The notes under the pieces are model-generated. The model was not told the DNA's origin and did no database searches. It saw nothing but the letters and a program-made list of their open reading frames with translations. The translations under genes and the position numbers were made by a program. 64,000 nt of DNA from Stegostoma tigrinum (lineage: Eukaryota), in NCBI RefSeq assembly GCF_030684315.1, contig NC_081391.1, forward strand, positions 13,059,342 to 13,123,341, read 5' to 3'. Shown piece by piece: positions 22,565-35,922 of this stretch (its first letter is position 1; the number at the start of each line of letters is the position of its first letter).

Positions 22565-25500
22565 ATGGCCTCCCAGATCAGTCAGAACTATCACCAGGAT
22601 TGTGAAGCTGCTGTCAACAAGCAGATTAATGTGGAGCTCACTGCCTCCTATCTCTATCAGTCTTTGGTGAGTGCTGTCTCTCGGGGTTAAACATATCAAT
22701 CTGTTCTGTTGAAGTAAATTCTTTGCCTGGCCTCTAGTGAAGCTGACAATCTAGTAGATTGAGGTTTTGTGGCTCCTACCTAAATATCAGTTCAGGATAG
22801 AGGTGGTGTTACTATCACGATGGTGTAGGATACTGATGTATGTTAACTCAGGTCCCAGTTGGCCTTCAGTGGTATCTGGAGGGTAAAAGCCTCTTGCTTT
22901 TGTTTTCTTTCTGACACAAGTTTCCTGACTTCATTTGCCTGATCTCTGTGGTGGTCCTAAACAAACATGCTGATTTTTTTTAACACTGACTATAACAATA
23001 ACTTCCCTGTTGCAGTGGCCCTTGTTAGTCTGAACAAACCTGAGGCTAGTCTGTGACTGGTATCTATTTTATGTGGATCTCCTTCATTGAGGCTGACTTG
23101 GCTTTACTTGTATTTATTCAAGAGGTGGGTGTGGCCTATCCCGTCCCCACTGAGAGTTGATCTGCTGTGTGTGAGAAATGTTGGATCCCCTCTCTGCCCC
23201 CTCTCCTCCCCACCCCACCCCACACTGGGGCTGCGGGAATGTGCTGAGGCTATGAGCCCAGTGACATTGAAGAAATGGAGGTTGTTCCCATATCATTTAG
23301 CTTGACCTAAAACAAAATGTCCCCTCTATCCCGGTGGTGATGTGACTGTGCCCTTCCAAAGAGTAGAATGTGCTTGGAAGGTATGTGTTGAAGTAACCTT
23401 GGTGAGTGCTGCAGGGGACCTGGTAGGTAATGGACCGTGAAAGGAGGTGGTGAATGCAGTCCCCATGAAGTGGGCTGCCCTGTCCTGGATGGTGTCTGCT
23501 TCTTGCATGTTGTAGTTCCCCTTCTACAGACACACGGGGAATATTCATCTCTCTCTGGGCTTGTGCCTATTGGAAGGAAGTTGTCTTGTAATGAGGACTA
23601 AGTCCCTATAAGCCTCACTTGGGAGGTGGGACCGCTTTATTGGTGAGCCAGTTGTTGGGGTTTAATCACTGTGTCCCAACTCTATTGGCACATGTTTCCC
23701 AAGGATAAAATCCCGACTATCTTCTGCCACAACTTGTAACTACCCACTGAAACCACAGATATTTGCTTGCCTGACTGGTTTTTGGATTTGAGGATTAAAG
23801 TAACTTTACAGGAGTCCTTCCCCAGAATGTAATTCTTAGCTGATGCTTCCAATAGCGAGCATTAGCTCTTAAACCCTAACATCGAATTGTGAACATGACA
23901 GTTGAGATATGAGTCACATGGGCTGAAAACCTACAGGATTTTTTGCCTGTTTGGGTAAAGTCAGGGCAAGTGTTTTTCCAGGTTACTGTTTTCACTAGTG
24001 ACGTTATCTACAGGCCACTAATAGTTGACATTTGATCATTTGTCTTGCAATTTGTTTCAGTCATGTGACTTGGTGCAAGTTTTTGACAGCCTGAGTTTGC
24101 ACTATTTAGGCAGAGCAATAACCCACTGCTGCAACGATCCAAAGGCTGTTACTGGGCAGGCTTTCCTCGGCATTATCTTAGTGCCAAACTCCATACTGGA
24201 GACAGCACACCTTTGTAGAGTTCATGTGTACACTTACATCCCAATCTCATTGATCCTGGGTTTGCAGAAAACATGCTCCCTACTAGTCGTTGACTACAGC
24301 AGGGTTTCAACATCTTTTTTCCAGTTTTCCCCAAAGGCAAAACATAGTGCCTTGCGTCTTGTAGTTGAGAACTGGAATGGGGAGTGAGCCAGTGATGTCT
24401 GATGTAATTTTAACTTGATCTTCCAGATGTCCTACTTTGACCGGGACGATGTTGCCCTCGCCCATTTCTCCCGGTTCTTCAAAGATCAGTCCCAGGAGAA
24501 GCGGGAACATGTAGAAAAGCTGCTGAAATTCCAGAATCAGCGTGGAGGCCGAGTCCTCCTCCAGGATGTGAAGGTTGGGGTTGGGTGGTGGGGGAGTGCA
24601 GGGGGGAATGGCTGCTCTTGCGGTGTCATCTCCAGTGACAAGATTTTCAGATCCTGAGCGAGTGTGAGAAGTTCTTTTGCTTGGCTTCCCTGTTTGCTCT
24701 CATCCATCAGCATTTATGCAAGCCCTCTGGTCCACCAGGCCTATGCTGATGCAGCAAAGACCGAACTGTACTCACCCTGTACTTGGTCCAGGCCCTACTA
24801 TACCCTAGTGTTTAGCACTCGCCCAGCTAGTCCTTTTAAACAGTGCTGCAGTAGCCGTTTCCAGCACTTTGTTCTTCCGTTCCCCAACACACCCACCAAA
24901 TTTCCTCCAATCCCCTCTATCCTGCTTCCTCAAACCTGTGCCCTCTGGTCTTAGTGTCTGCCATGGGGAAGACATTTTCCCCATCTACTGTCCAGACTTC
25001 CTTGTCTTCCATCAAACAACCACCTCAGCCTCACCTGCTTAAAGGAAAACCCCCAGCCCATCCAATCTCTCTCCTCAATGGATTTTCTGTCTTGGGGAAA
25101 CAACCTGGGGACCCTCACCAGCACCCCCTGCAGTACCATCCTGTCCTTCTGACCAGTGAGCCAACGATAGAATGCAGCAGAGACCGGAAGAACAATTTTC
25201 ATAAAATGTGTTCAAAGGACTTGTCCCTGTGCTGTTCCTCACAACCCTGCCCCAAACTAACACATGTTACTTGGCCTATGTCCCCTTTCACACACAGTTT
25301 GCCTTGTGTGAGCATTGAGGGATCGATGACCCTGTGTTTATTGTAAGCACATTACTGCCCCCCACAATGAATTCAAGTAATGATGGTTCTGACCATGCTG
25401 CTCGGGCATGTATGAGGCCACAAGCACAAGTGAGACTTGAACCTCAGCCTTGTCAACCGAAGCTTGGGACACGACCGCTACTTTCCCCACAGCCCTTGGG

Positions 25501-26715
25501 ATTCACTCCTGAATATCCTTTTTAAGACTCCAGCAGATGGACACTGGTGCAAATGACTAATCTGGTACATATTTATTCCCTGTGGTACAAGGATATGTTC
25601 CTGAACTTCCGGCTTCAGGTCAAGGATAAATGGGGCAAGGTGAAAGGAGTCACCAAGTAGCTAATGTTTTCTTTATCTGGACTTCAGGGATGGCACAGTG
25701 GCTCAGTGGTTGGCACTGTTGACTCAGTGCCAGGGGCACCAGTTTGGTTCTGGCCTGTGACGAGAATTTAAACGTTATCCCAAAGCATGGCTTCCCCACA
25801 CAGTAGAAAAGAGGATTGGCAACTTGAAATGCAGGTTACACGAACAGGGTGGGAATGGGACCAGATGGGATGCTCTTCAGCAGTTATGGTCTCAATGGGG
25901 TGAATGGCCAGCTCCCATGCTGCAGGGATTCTGTTTCTGAAGCTTACCTGTCCTTCTCTCCATCCCCAGAAGCCAGAGAGGGATGACTGGGGTAACAGTC
26001 TGCAGGCAATGCAGGTTGCCCTGGATCTGGAAAAGAATGTGAACCAGAGTTTGCTGGATCTACACCAACTCGCCACAGCACAGACTGACCCTCATGTAAG
26101 CCTCACCTCCTCATTCACATCACTGCTAGACTCTCAGGGTAACGTTTCATTGGTTGGTCTGTGTGGATTGGAAATTCACTGAAGTAACACTTTCCATCCA
26201 TTACTTTCCTGAACTATTGTCACATTGATCACTTGGGATCATACTGATTACAATGAGGGATAAGGGGAATTTGATCTATAATCTAGTGGAAGTGCTGAAA
26301 TGACGTTGGCCACTGAGTTCTTCATTAGCATCATTGCAGTGGAATGATCATTGTCCATCACAATCCAACTCAGCTCCATTTCACAAACAGCAAGATGGAG
26401 CAGCTGACATGTTGTCCTCACTGGCACAAATTCTCCAGGTGTTAGCTCGCTTTTCAGGGCTGTCCAGAGCTAGTCATGGCTAAGTCTGTCTTGCAGTGGG
26501 AATTCTGAAATTGTCTTGGATAGTGTTAATGTACCAAGTGTCATATTCCTCTGCTGCAGCTGTGTGACTTCCTGGAGACCCACTATTTGGATGAGGAGGT
26601 GAGGATCATCAAGCAACTCGGGGACTACATCACCAACCTGAAGCGCCTGGGAACCCCTGAGAATGGGATGGGAGAGTACCTGTTTGACAGGCTCTCCCTG
26701 GAGGACAGCAGTTAG
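22565..26715 (+). CDS. Ferritin subunit, copy D, 176 aa, 4 exons
   Basis: Exons 22565-22666, 24427-24573, 25970-26095, 26560-26715; GT-AG; AATAAA at 26843-26848. Confidence 0.95.
25688..25925 (+). mobile_element. tRNA-derived SINE remnant at the end of intron 2 (paralogues ~678-900, 8580-8800, 17135-17340, 34848-35030, 43085-43290, 54582-54770, 62586-62810)
   Basis: GGGATGGCACAGTGGCTCAGTGGTTGGCACTG (A-box-like head), followed by CCCACAG...AAATGCAGG...GGGTGAATGGCC, typical of shark SINEs. Confidence 0.65.
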
Positions 26716-28359
26716 TGTGGCCTGGAGTACTGTCTGCTTGGTCTGAATGTATTCCTCACTTCACCCTATGCAATCTGTCTCCTTCCAGGGAGAAGGGGCT
26801 TGTAGCAAACAATGTAATGGCTGTACCAGCTGAATAGGAATGAATAAAATGTGTTGATGTTGCTTATTGTCCATCATTGAGACCCTTGATATTAAAGAGC
26901 TTTTGAGAGCTTCAAGCCTGTAATTTTGGCTAATGAAATTATTAATTTGACAAAATATTTCCCTGGTCTTCCCTCCAACACCACCCCAGCATCAGTCTCG
27001 GAATTCCTGTGGAACTTCCTCTAAGTTAGGAACCCAAGTTATTCCTCCAGCCAGAACTTGAGGTTGGGGCCTGTTGGGTGTAAAATCAGTTTGTACTATT
27101 ATCTCACACCCAGGTATGATGAATACATGTGCTGTTAAAATTTTCATTGCTCTCAAAAGAGAAAACACCCCTGCTTGGCCGAAAGAAAGACTTGACACCC
27201 ACTTTCACTGAAACAGGGCTGTTGGATGCTTTATGTTCATGTCGAGTTTGCTTAGCAATAGCTTCCCTGTCAACCTCCACCAACCGAGACTTATTGCTAC
27301 AGTCCACACAAATCACAAGTTGATGCCAATGTAAATTCTGTGCCAGCTGGCTCAGCTTGCCTCAACAAGAGCTTAAGGGAAGAGATCCAGCAGCGTCCCC
27401 GCTCTAGCCTTGTGGAGGAACCAGCAATGCTGGGAGCAATAAAATTGAACTGAGCAACGGGGATCTGACAAACCTGATCTATTCTATTCAAATCAATGTT
27501 ATTACTTTTTCCGGACAGTGCATCCTCGATTCACTGAGACCCAGTTGAGGTTCAAGCTCAGACCAGCCCTGTGGCCTCCTGACCCCGACCACCAACTGCC
27601 TGCCTCAGGACAGCCATCAGCAGTTGCTCACAATGACCAGTTCATTTGTTCCTTCGCCTGAGGAACGTGCGCTGCTCTCCCAGGCGATATGGATTCAATA
27701 CCCATTGTAGCTCGACAAGAAAGCTCACACTGGGGGAACCATTTCCCAGGAGTAATCCAAAGCTGTCCTCATGTGGCTTTGCTCCGTTTACTTTCTTGCT
27801 CTCTGCCAAGTCTTGGTCAAAAACCCCACCACGCCTAGTAATAAACTTTAGGCCAGCTAGCCCAGAGATGGGAATATTCAGCACAAGTCTGCTTGAAAAA
27901 ATTCACCTGAACTGGATGCGCTTAATGGCACCGACAGCAGGATAACAGTGACCTGGGAATAACACAGCAACGCTCATGGCTAAATGCTGCCATTTGATTG
28001 GCTCTTGCTGCTGAAGCCTGCATTGAGCGCACTCAGCTGCTCCCTTGTTCCTCTGAGCTTCCCCCACGGGGAGCGTTACTCCTGATGCAGGTTGATTTCA
28101 CCCGATCACATTGAAGGAGCAGTGTGACTCAGGGAGGAGACCTGCAGATGCTGACTTTCCTGAATGGTTGCTTCCTTTATCTTTTGAGGTGTCAGAGATC
28201 GTGGTTTAGGGAGGGGGCTATCAGAGACATCCTGGGGAATGTTTCAGGGAGTGTTGTAGCGAGTGCACACTGCAGCCTTCACTGAGGGTGTGGGTCTTTA
28301 AGGCACTGAATGTATTTGTTCCACCACGTAGAGTTTTATTTTAAACCATCTTGAGTCTT

Positions 28360-28668
28360 GGGTGTAGAATCCCTGCAGTGCGGGAAGAGGTTGTTCAGCC
28401 CATTTAGTCTGCACTGATCCTCTGAAGAGGTTGTTCAGCCCATTTAGTCTGCACTGATCCTCTGAACAGCATCTTGTTCAGACACACCCTGCCTTCTTAC
28501 GCCATCTTTCCCACGGCCAGTCCAAAATAAACTGCATGTCTTTGGACTGTGGGAGGAGTCCCACACAGGCACGGGGAGGATGTGCAGCCTCCACACGTGA
28601 CTGGAATTGACCCCAGGTCCCTGGCACTATGAGGCAGTAATGCTGACCATTAAAATACCCTGCCATCC
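28360..28668 (-). mobile_element. SINE remnant (paralogues ~3000-3340, 11085-11345, 37155-37440, 56995-57330)
   Basis: TCTTTGGACTGTGGGAGG...CACGGGGAGGATGTGCA..CTCCACAC...CCAGGTCCCTGGCACT..GAGGCAG...CCCTGCCATCC, the reverse complement of the shark SINE head and body. Confidence 0.65.
28384..28466. repeat. Perfect 40-bp tandem duplication
   Basis: GAAGAGGTTGTTCAGCCCATTTAGTCTGCACTGATCCTCT x2; single copy at the paralogous site ~37177-37219. Confidence 0.9.
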
Positions 28669-29018
28669 AAAAGTTACAAAAAACAGGAACACTCTGTTGC
28701 ATAGAATTAGAGTGAATGACTCATTTCTTACGGAAACAGACCCTTCGGTCCTACCGGTCCATGCTGACGAGGTTTCCCAACCTGACATAGTCCCACTTGC
28801 CTGCCTTTGGCCCATATCCTTCTAAACCATGCCTTTCCATGTAAATCTCCAAATGTCACTTAAATGTTGTAATTCTAACTACATCCACCACTGTCTCTGA
28901 CAGCTCGTTCTAAACATACACACCACCTTCTGTATGAAAATGTTGCCCCTCATGTCCCCATCAAATCTTACCCCTCTCCCCTCAAACCGATGCCCTCTAA
29001 TTTTGGACGCCCCCCCGA

Positions 29019-29197
29019 CCCTGTCCCAGCATGCTTTTTATATACAGTCAATCTTGAGTGTGCCAACGGCAAGGCTACATTTAGTGCTCAGCAACTGTTA
29101 CACTTCAGGAGGTGGTGATGAGCTGCTTATTACAGTCCACCTGGTGTAGGAGAGACCGGAATGATGCTGCTGCTGTTGCTGAGGAGGGGCTTCTGGG
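29019..29197. other. Conserved upstream element, copy before gene E
   Basis: Direct match to 3675-3852. Confidence 0.75.
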
Positions 29198-29456
29198 ATC
29201 TTCACTCACAAACACTGATATTATTCCAAGTCAGGATGGTGACGGATTTACTTGGAGCTGCATCAGTGTCACTGGGGCGGCATTGAGCTGGAAAATTGCA
29301 AACTACTCCAGCATTATTCCCAACTTCAGTCTTATCGATGGTGGACAGACTCTGAAAAGTCTGAAGTAGAGTTATTCACAACAGAATTCCCAGACTCTGA
29401 CTTGGTCTCAAAGCCATGAGCACATGAATTAGGACTGACCTCTGCCCATGGTTTCT

Positions 29457-30863
29457 TAGAAAATAGAACCTAGAACAGTGCAGCACAGTTCAGGCCCTTC
29501 AGCCCACGATGTTGTTTCAAACTTTTATCCGAAACCCAAGGCCTATCTCACCTCCACTACCTTATACTATCATCCATATGCTTATCTAAGAGCCGCTTAA
29601 TTGCCCGTAACGAGGCCGAATCCACGACACTCTCTGGCAATGCATTCCACGCCCCAGCCACTCTCTGAGTAAAGAATCTACCTCTGACATCCACCCTATA
29701 TCTACCTCCACTCACTTCAAAACTATGCCCCCTCATAATAGCTAACTCCATCCTAGGAAAAAGTCCCTGGCTGTCTAATCTGCCTATACTTATGATCATT
29801 TTGTACACCTCTATAAAGTCACCTCTCATCCTTTGTTCTGAAGAGAAAAGCCATTGTTCTCTCAACGTTTCTTTGTAAGATCTTCCCTCCATTCCAAGCA
29901 ACATCCTGGTAAATCTCCTCTGCACCTTTTCTAACACTTCCACATCTTTCCTGGAATGAGGTGACCAGAACTGGACACAATACTCCAGATGTGGCCGAAC
30001 CAGGCTTTTGTACAGCTGGAGCATAGCTTCACAGCTTTTGAAATCAATCCCTCTATTAATGAAAGCTAACACACCACATGCCTTCTTAACAACTCTATCC
30101 ACCTGACTGGCAGCTTTCAGGGAACTGTGGACATGAAATCCGAAATCCATCTCCTCCTCCACACTGCCAAGAATCTTTCCGTTAACCCTGTGTTCTGCTT
30201 TCAAATTTGTCCTTCCAAAATGAATCACTTCACGCTTTTCAGGGTTAAACTCCATCTGCCACTTCTCAGCCCCACTCAGTACCCTATCAATGTCCTTTTG
30301 TCACCTAGAACAGCACTCCACACTATCCACAAGTCAAATCACCTTCGTATCTTCCAAAAACTTACTAATCCGCCATTCCACTCCTCCATCCAAATCATTT
30401 ACCAAAATCATAAATAAAAGAGGACCCCGAACAGACCCTTGAGGTACACCACTCGTAACTGAGCGCCATGTTGAATATTTTCAGTCAACTGTCACCCATG
30501 TCTTCTATGGGTCAGCCAATTCTGAATCCAATCTGCCACGTTTCCCCCGTCGCATGCCTCCTGACTTTCTGCATGAGCCTGCCATGGGGAACCTTATCAA
30601 ACGCCTTACATCAATCCATGTATCCCACATTCACTGATCTACCTTCATCCACACGTTTGGTCATCCCTTCAAAGAATTCAATCAGATTTGTGAGGCATGA
30701 TGTACGCCTCACAAATCCACACTGGCCATCACAAATCATACTGTGCCTGTGCAAGTGATCATTAATTCTGTTTCTTACAGCCCATCCCATTAATTTGCCC
30801 ACCACTGGCATAAGACTAGCTGGCCTGTAATTTCCAGGGTTACCCCATTCCCTTTTTTGAACA
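29457..30863 (-). mobile_element. CR1 LINE fragment upstream of E
   Basis: ORFs 30892..30611 (PGNYRPASL...SCLTNLIEFFE) and 30255..29557 (MEFNPEK...[13 protein letters not shown]...RFFTQRV). Confidence 0.9.
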
Positions 30864-31065
30864 CATGAATAATATTCAAACTTGTCATTCAAAGCTAAAA
30901 GATAGCACTAGACTGCATCCTGCTTTTTGAAGCAGATATTGAGTGAAAGTAACTTGCTTCCGCCAATCTGTACATCAGTGCTGTGACCATACTCGAACGT
31001 TCATTGGGGATCCTCAATTCCCAAAGCCCACATAGAAATATTTCCAGAATTTGCACTTGTGCAGG

Positions 31066-31255
31066 AGGTCAAAGCTCATTCAGCAATTCCATCATCGACC
31101 AGGTGTCAATTCTGATCGTTTTCTGGATCCAATTCCCATCCTGCACTGATTGGACGTGGCAGCTGATCAATTGATGAACGAGAGTGATTGACCATCACTG
31201 ATGATGTCATTTCCTGCTCAAGAAAATAAAGGGCTGCTGCTCGAGTTAAAAAAAT
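31066..31255 (+). promoter_or_regulatory. Degenerate promoter of pseudogene E
   Basis: DR1 mutated to AGGTCAAAGCTCA, second ATTGG changed to ATTGA, TATA changed to GTTAAAA (~31245). Confidence 0.65.
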
Positions 31256-31349
31256 GTCCACGAGAGTGTGATGTTTATGGTGTAGTTGGTTATCTTTCCA
31301 AGTTTGTTATTTGATTTTGGAGGAAAAGGAAAGCTATTTTCTTAATAAA

Positions 31350-34300
31350 ATGGCCTCTCAGATTAGTCAGAACTATCACCAGGATTGTGAAGCTGCTGTC
31401 AACAAGCAGATTAATGTGGAGCTCACTGCCTCCTATCTCTGTCAGTCTTTGGTGAGTTTTGTCTTGATGGAGTTAAAATTAAATCTATTCTGCAAAAATA
31501 AGCTGATCCTCTTGTTTCTAATTAACTTCATAGTCTTGTAGATTTGAGGTGTTTAAGTTTTTTTTACCTTAAAAATCATTTTGGGATAAATGTAATGCCC
31601 TTTGGTAACAATGGATTTTGATATTGATGTACAGTATCTAATTCACCAGCCTGGATTGAGTGATAGATGGACGGCAAATTGTTCAGTGAATTATTTTACA
31701 ATTTACTGCCAGGCCTTTGCCTGGTGGTAACTGTCATTTTCCTCCCCAGAATTGACCAACCTTTACTAAAATTAGATGTAATGGTGTTGGGAGTTGTATG
31801 CACCCCTTGGCTAGTCATCCTGTAACATTTTAATATACCTTGATCACACTTACTTTGTGCTCTGATCCTAAATACACATCATGCCAGTTTCCATTCTGTG
31901 ATGGAGAATGATGGCAGTGACTGGCTTCTCTGAGCATATGCACTTGTAACTTGCATTGAGGAGGCCTCAGAAGTGGACTAGTTGGCTTTCTGCATTCTCA
32001 GTTCATGAATGGACTGTTAGTGGTCAGGAAGTCACTTGTTGTCCATTCCTCCAATACATCAATGCTCTCCTGTGAGTGCATGCACAGGGTGTCTGGAATA
32101 ACCTGAGGTCTTCACTTCACCAAAAAAGGTGAGGAATTGGAGTTTCAAATTCCCATGGTATGGGAAATGGTGCCTTTCTCCAGGGAGCACTGTGCCTATG
32201 GCCTCTCAAAATGGCAGGCTATAATGGTTTGGAAATGTTGAAGCAGCTTTTGAAGGCTGCTAGGTACCTGGTAGATAGTGGACACTAGGAGTGCATTCAC
32301 TCACTCCCTTCAATGAGGTGGGCTGCTCTGTCCTGCATAGTGTCTGCTTTGTGCATGTTGCAGCTCCACTTCTTGGGGGGAAAAAGGGAGAATATTCATC
32401 CCTCGTGGGGCTTATCACTGAGAAGCATTCTCTTCCCACACTTTCAGGATGAAATCCCTGTACCCTTCCCTTTAGCAGGTGGGAACAGCTATCACCAATA
32501 AGCCTGTTGGGTCCTAACTGTCAGTGGTGTCCCATATCAATTGGGCAGCTTGTGCCCAAACTACCCACTATTGTACATCTGTAAGATGCAGCTACCCAAG
32601 TAAAGTCAGAGAAAGTTGCATAACTGTTTTTAGACAAAAGAATCTTCTCAGCCTGATCAGTAGGAACTAGATAACCTGCTCTAACAAGGTGTAGAGCTGG
32701 ATGAACACAGCAGGCCAAGCAGCATCGGGGGAGCAGGGAAGCTGATGTTTTGGGCCTGGACCCTTGAGAAATGGGGAGGGGAAGAGGCCCCTGAAATAGC
32801 AAGGGGTGGGGAGGTGGATGGATGAGGGATAAAGAAACAGGTGGTGAGGAGACTCCGGTCTGAGGTAAGGATGGAGCCAATAAAGTCAAGTGAGTTGGGT
32901 AGGCCTGTCCAGGGAGGTGGGGATGGGGTTTGAGGTTGGGGGGGGCGGGGAGATGGGGTGGGGTGGTGTGGGGAAGTAGGTGGGAGGAAGGATGGACAAG
33001 TTAGGGAGGTGGGGACTAGCTGGGCTGTGATTGGGGGAAGGGAGATCTTTCAGCTTAAGTTCTTACTGATACCATTGGGCTGCAGGGTTCCCAAGCAGAA
33101 TACAAGGTGCTGTTCCTGCAACCTTTGGGTGGCATTGGAGGCCCAGAATGAACATCAACTGTCCCCTCCTGCTCCTCTGGAGGGGAAGTAGTTTGTGACT
33201 GGGAGGTGCAGCTGCTGATCACGAGCCCAGCATAGGCACTCCACAAAGTGGTGTCAAGCCTCTGCTCGGCTTTCCTGATGTAGAGGAGGCCACGTTAGGA
33301 ACAGTGGGTACAGTATACCTCACTGCAGATGTGTAGGTCCACTTCTTCTTGATGTGGAAGGTCTTGGGGCCTGGGATGAGGGGAGGTGTAGCACAATCTG
33401 TGTGGCAGGAAAAAAGCCCTGGCTAGTGGAATGGACAAGGGAATCAGTGGTCTCTCCAGAAGGCAGCTAAGGTTGGGGAGGTAAAACATGTCTTTGTCAG
33501 ATTGTAGATTGTATAAGTGCCAGAGGATGATGCACTGGATCCTGTCATTTGAGGTGGTACTGAAGGATGAGAGGATTCTGTTTTGGTTGTGTGTGGGATA
33601 AGATGCAAGACCGGTTGTGTTTTTCTTCCACTAAAGGGAAGTTACGCTCCCTCGGAAAACGAGGACATCTGGGATGCCCAGGAGTACAATGCCTCCCCTC
33701 GGGGCTGGAGGTGAAGGAATTGGATTAGGGGATGGCGTTTTCCTTCCACAGGAAGGTGGGTGAGGTGTAATCTAGGTCACTGTAGGAGTCAGTAGGTTTG
33801 AAATAGATCAAAGATTGATCGACAAACTGAAGGTTGAGGTAGAAGGTTCTAATGAATTAGAGGAACCGTTCAAGCTCCTTGTGGGATGTAATGGAGGAAG
33901 ATGTGGAGTTTATGGCCCATCTCCCTGTAGAAGGATTGTTCCACATATCCTAACAGAAGCAGGCACAGCCTGGGCCCATGCAGGTACCTATGGCCACCCC
34001 CTTCCTCTGTAGGAGGTGGGAGGAATTGAAGGAGAAGTTAGGGGTGAGGATGAGTTGGCTAGTGGACAAGCTTGTTGGTGAATGGGGACCAGTCAGACCT
34101 GCAGGATGAGAGAAGCAGAGGGCCTTCGGCTATCTCCATGGGGAATGGATGAGGTTGGAGGCTGTGGGTGGGAGGTCATCTCCAGTGAAGTTGTACATGG
34201 ACTAGGAGATGGTTTGGTGGTCAGGGGTGGAGTCATGATCAAGGGCGGGGTGGTAGGAGGTATCGGCTGCTCTTCCACACAAGTATATGTGGCACTCCAG

Positions 34301-35922
34301 CTCCTGGCATTTCCTTAAACCCTGTTCAGTCACAAACTCCATCCAATTCTGATGGTGCTTAGAGTGGAAATGTTCTTCTCTCTACAGACAAGAACAGGCC
34401 TGGGCACCTCAGGTTTTTGTCAAGGAATTTTAAAAAGTGTTTGCCTGGTTACCAGGAGGAGGCGAGGGTTGTTTTTGATGATCCTTGAACTGGAGCCACT
34501 GGCTCATTGGACAATGGTTCTCATCCACCTTGATGTATTCAAAAAAGTCATGTTTATTGACTTCTCAATTTGATTGAAGGCTAAACCAGTCATGTCTGGC
34601 ACCAATTGCATGATGCTTAATGGATATAACTTGTTTTCTCCCAGATGTCCTACTTTGACCAGGACGATGTTGCCCTCCCCCATGTCTCCCAGTTCTTCAA
34701 AGATCAGTCCCAGGAGAAGCAGGAACATGCAGAGAAGCTGCTGAAATTCCAGAATCAGCATGGAGGCAGTCCTCCTCCAGGATGTGAAGGTTGGTGTTGG
34801 GTTTTTGGGGTGGGGGGAGTTGGGTGGTAGAGAGTGGCTGCTCCTCAGGGATGGCACAGTGACTCAGTGTTTCCCATGCATGCCTCAGTGCCAGGGATCC
34901 AAGTTTGGTTCTTGGTTCTAGGCTCCAGTGAATGACTGGAGTTGACTTATTCTTGCCATGTCCACATTGGCTTCACGGTTCAATGACGTGTGGGTTAGAA
35001 GCATTGCCATTTAAAATGCAGGGTTACAGGAATAAGAAGGGACTTGTAGCGACGAATGTAGTGGCTGTACCTGCCGATTGGGGATGAATAAAATGATGTC
35101 GTGACCTTGGTTATTGTCACCATGACTCAAATAGCCTGTTCCCATGCTGCAGAGATTGTGAAGCTTACCTGTCCTCTCTCCATCCGCAGAAGCCTGAGAG
35201 GGATGAGTGGGGTAACAGCCTGCAGGCAATGCAGGTCGCCCTGGATCTGGAGAAGAATGTGAACCAGAGTTGGCTGGATAGGCACCTAGTCGCCACAGCC
35301 CAGACTGACCCTCATGTGAGCCTTCCCACCACCTCATTCTGATCACTGCTAGGCCCTCAGGGCAACACCTCATTGGTCTTTTGTAGATTAAAATTCACTG
35401 GGATACTTGGATCACAATATCATATCTGAACAGTATGTTCATTTAATCAACATCAAAGCAGCTCAGCTATGAGCTGAAATGGGAATTTGGATTCACCACC
35501 AGGAGTGATGTTGGCCAATGAATTCACTTTCAGGGCCACTTGCATTAGAATGATCATCGTCTGTCACAGTTCAGCTCAGCTCCATTTCACAAACAAGAAG
35601 GTGCATCTGGAACGTTACTGTCCTCACTGGCGCAACATCTCCTAGATCTCAGTGGCTTTTCCAGCTGTCTAGAGCTAGTTATGGTGGGGTCTGTTTCGCA
35701 GTGGGAATTCTGAAATTTTCCTAGATCATGCAAATGTACCAAGTTGCCATAATTCCTCTGTTGCAGCTGTGTGACTTCCTGGAGACTCACTATTTGGATG
35801 AGGAGGTGGCGATCATCAAGCAACTTGGGGACGACATCACCAACCTGAAGCGCCTGGGAGCCCCTGAGAATGGGATGGGAGAGTACCTGTTTGACAGGCT
35901 CTCCCTGGAGGACAGCAGTTAG
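31350..35922 (+). pseudogene. Ferritin pseudogene, copy E
   Basis: Exons 31350-31451, 34645-34789, 35190-35315, 35767-35922. Exon 2 is 145 nt instead of 147 (GGCAGAGTC>GGCAGTC near 34768, a frameshift). Also Y34C, R>Q in DRDD, damaged exon 3 (QSWLDRHL), lost TATA and mutated DR1. Confidence 0.9.
32682..34270 (-). mobile_element. Old, degenerate Penelope-like remnant in intron 1 of E
   Basis: Colinear similarity to 44715-46800 (GCTGGATGAACACAGCAGGCCAAGCAGCATC, GGTTCCCAAGC, CCCATGCAGGTACC) with many deletions. Confidence 0.8.

Larger units (their letters stand above)
29019..35250 (+). repeat. 5' part of unit E duplicated as 5' part of unit G (~48235-55000)
   Basis: Shared CR1 insertion, 5' UTR, Penelope remnant and short intron 2. 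Confidence 0.88.
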
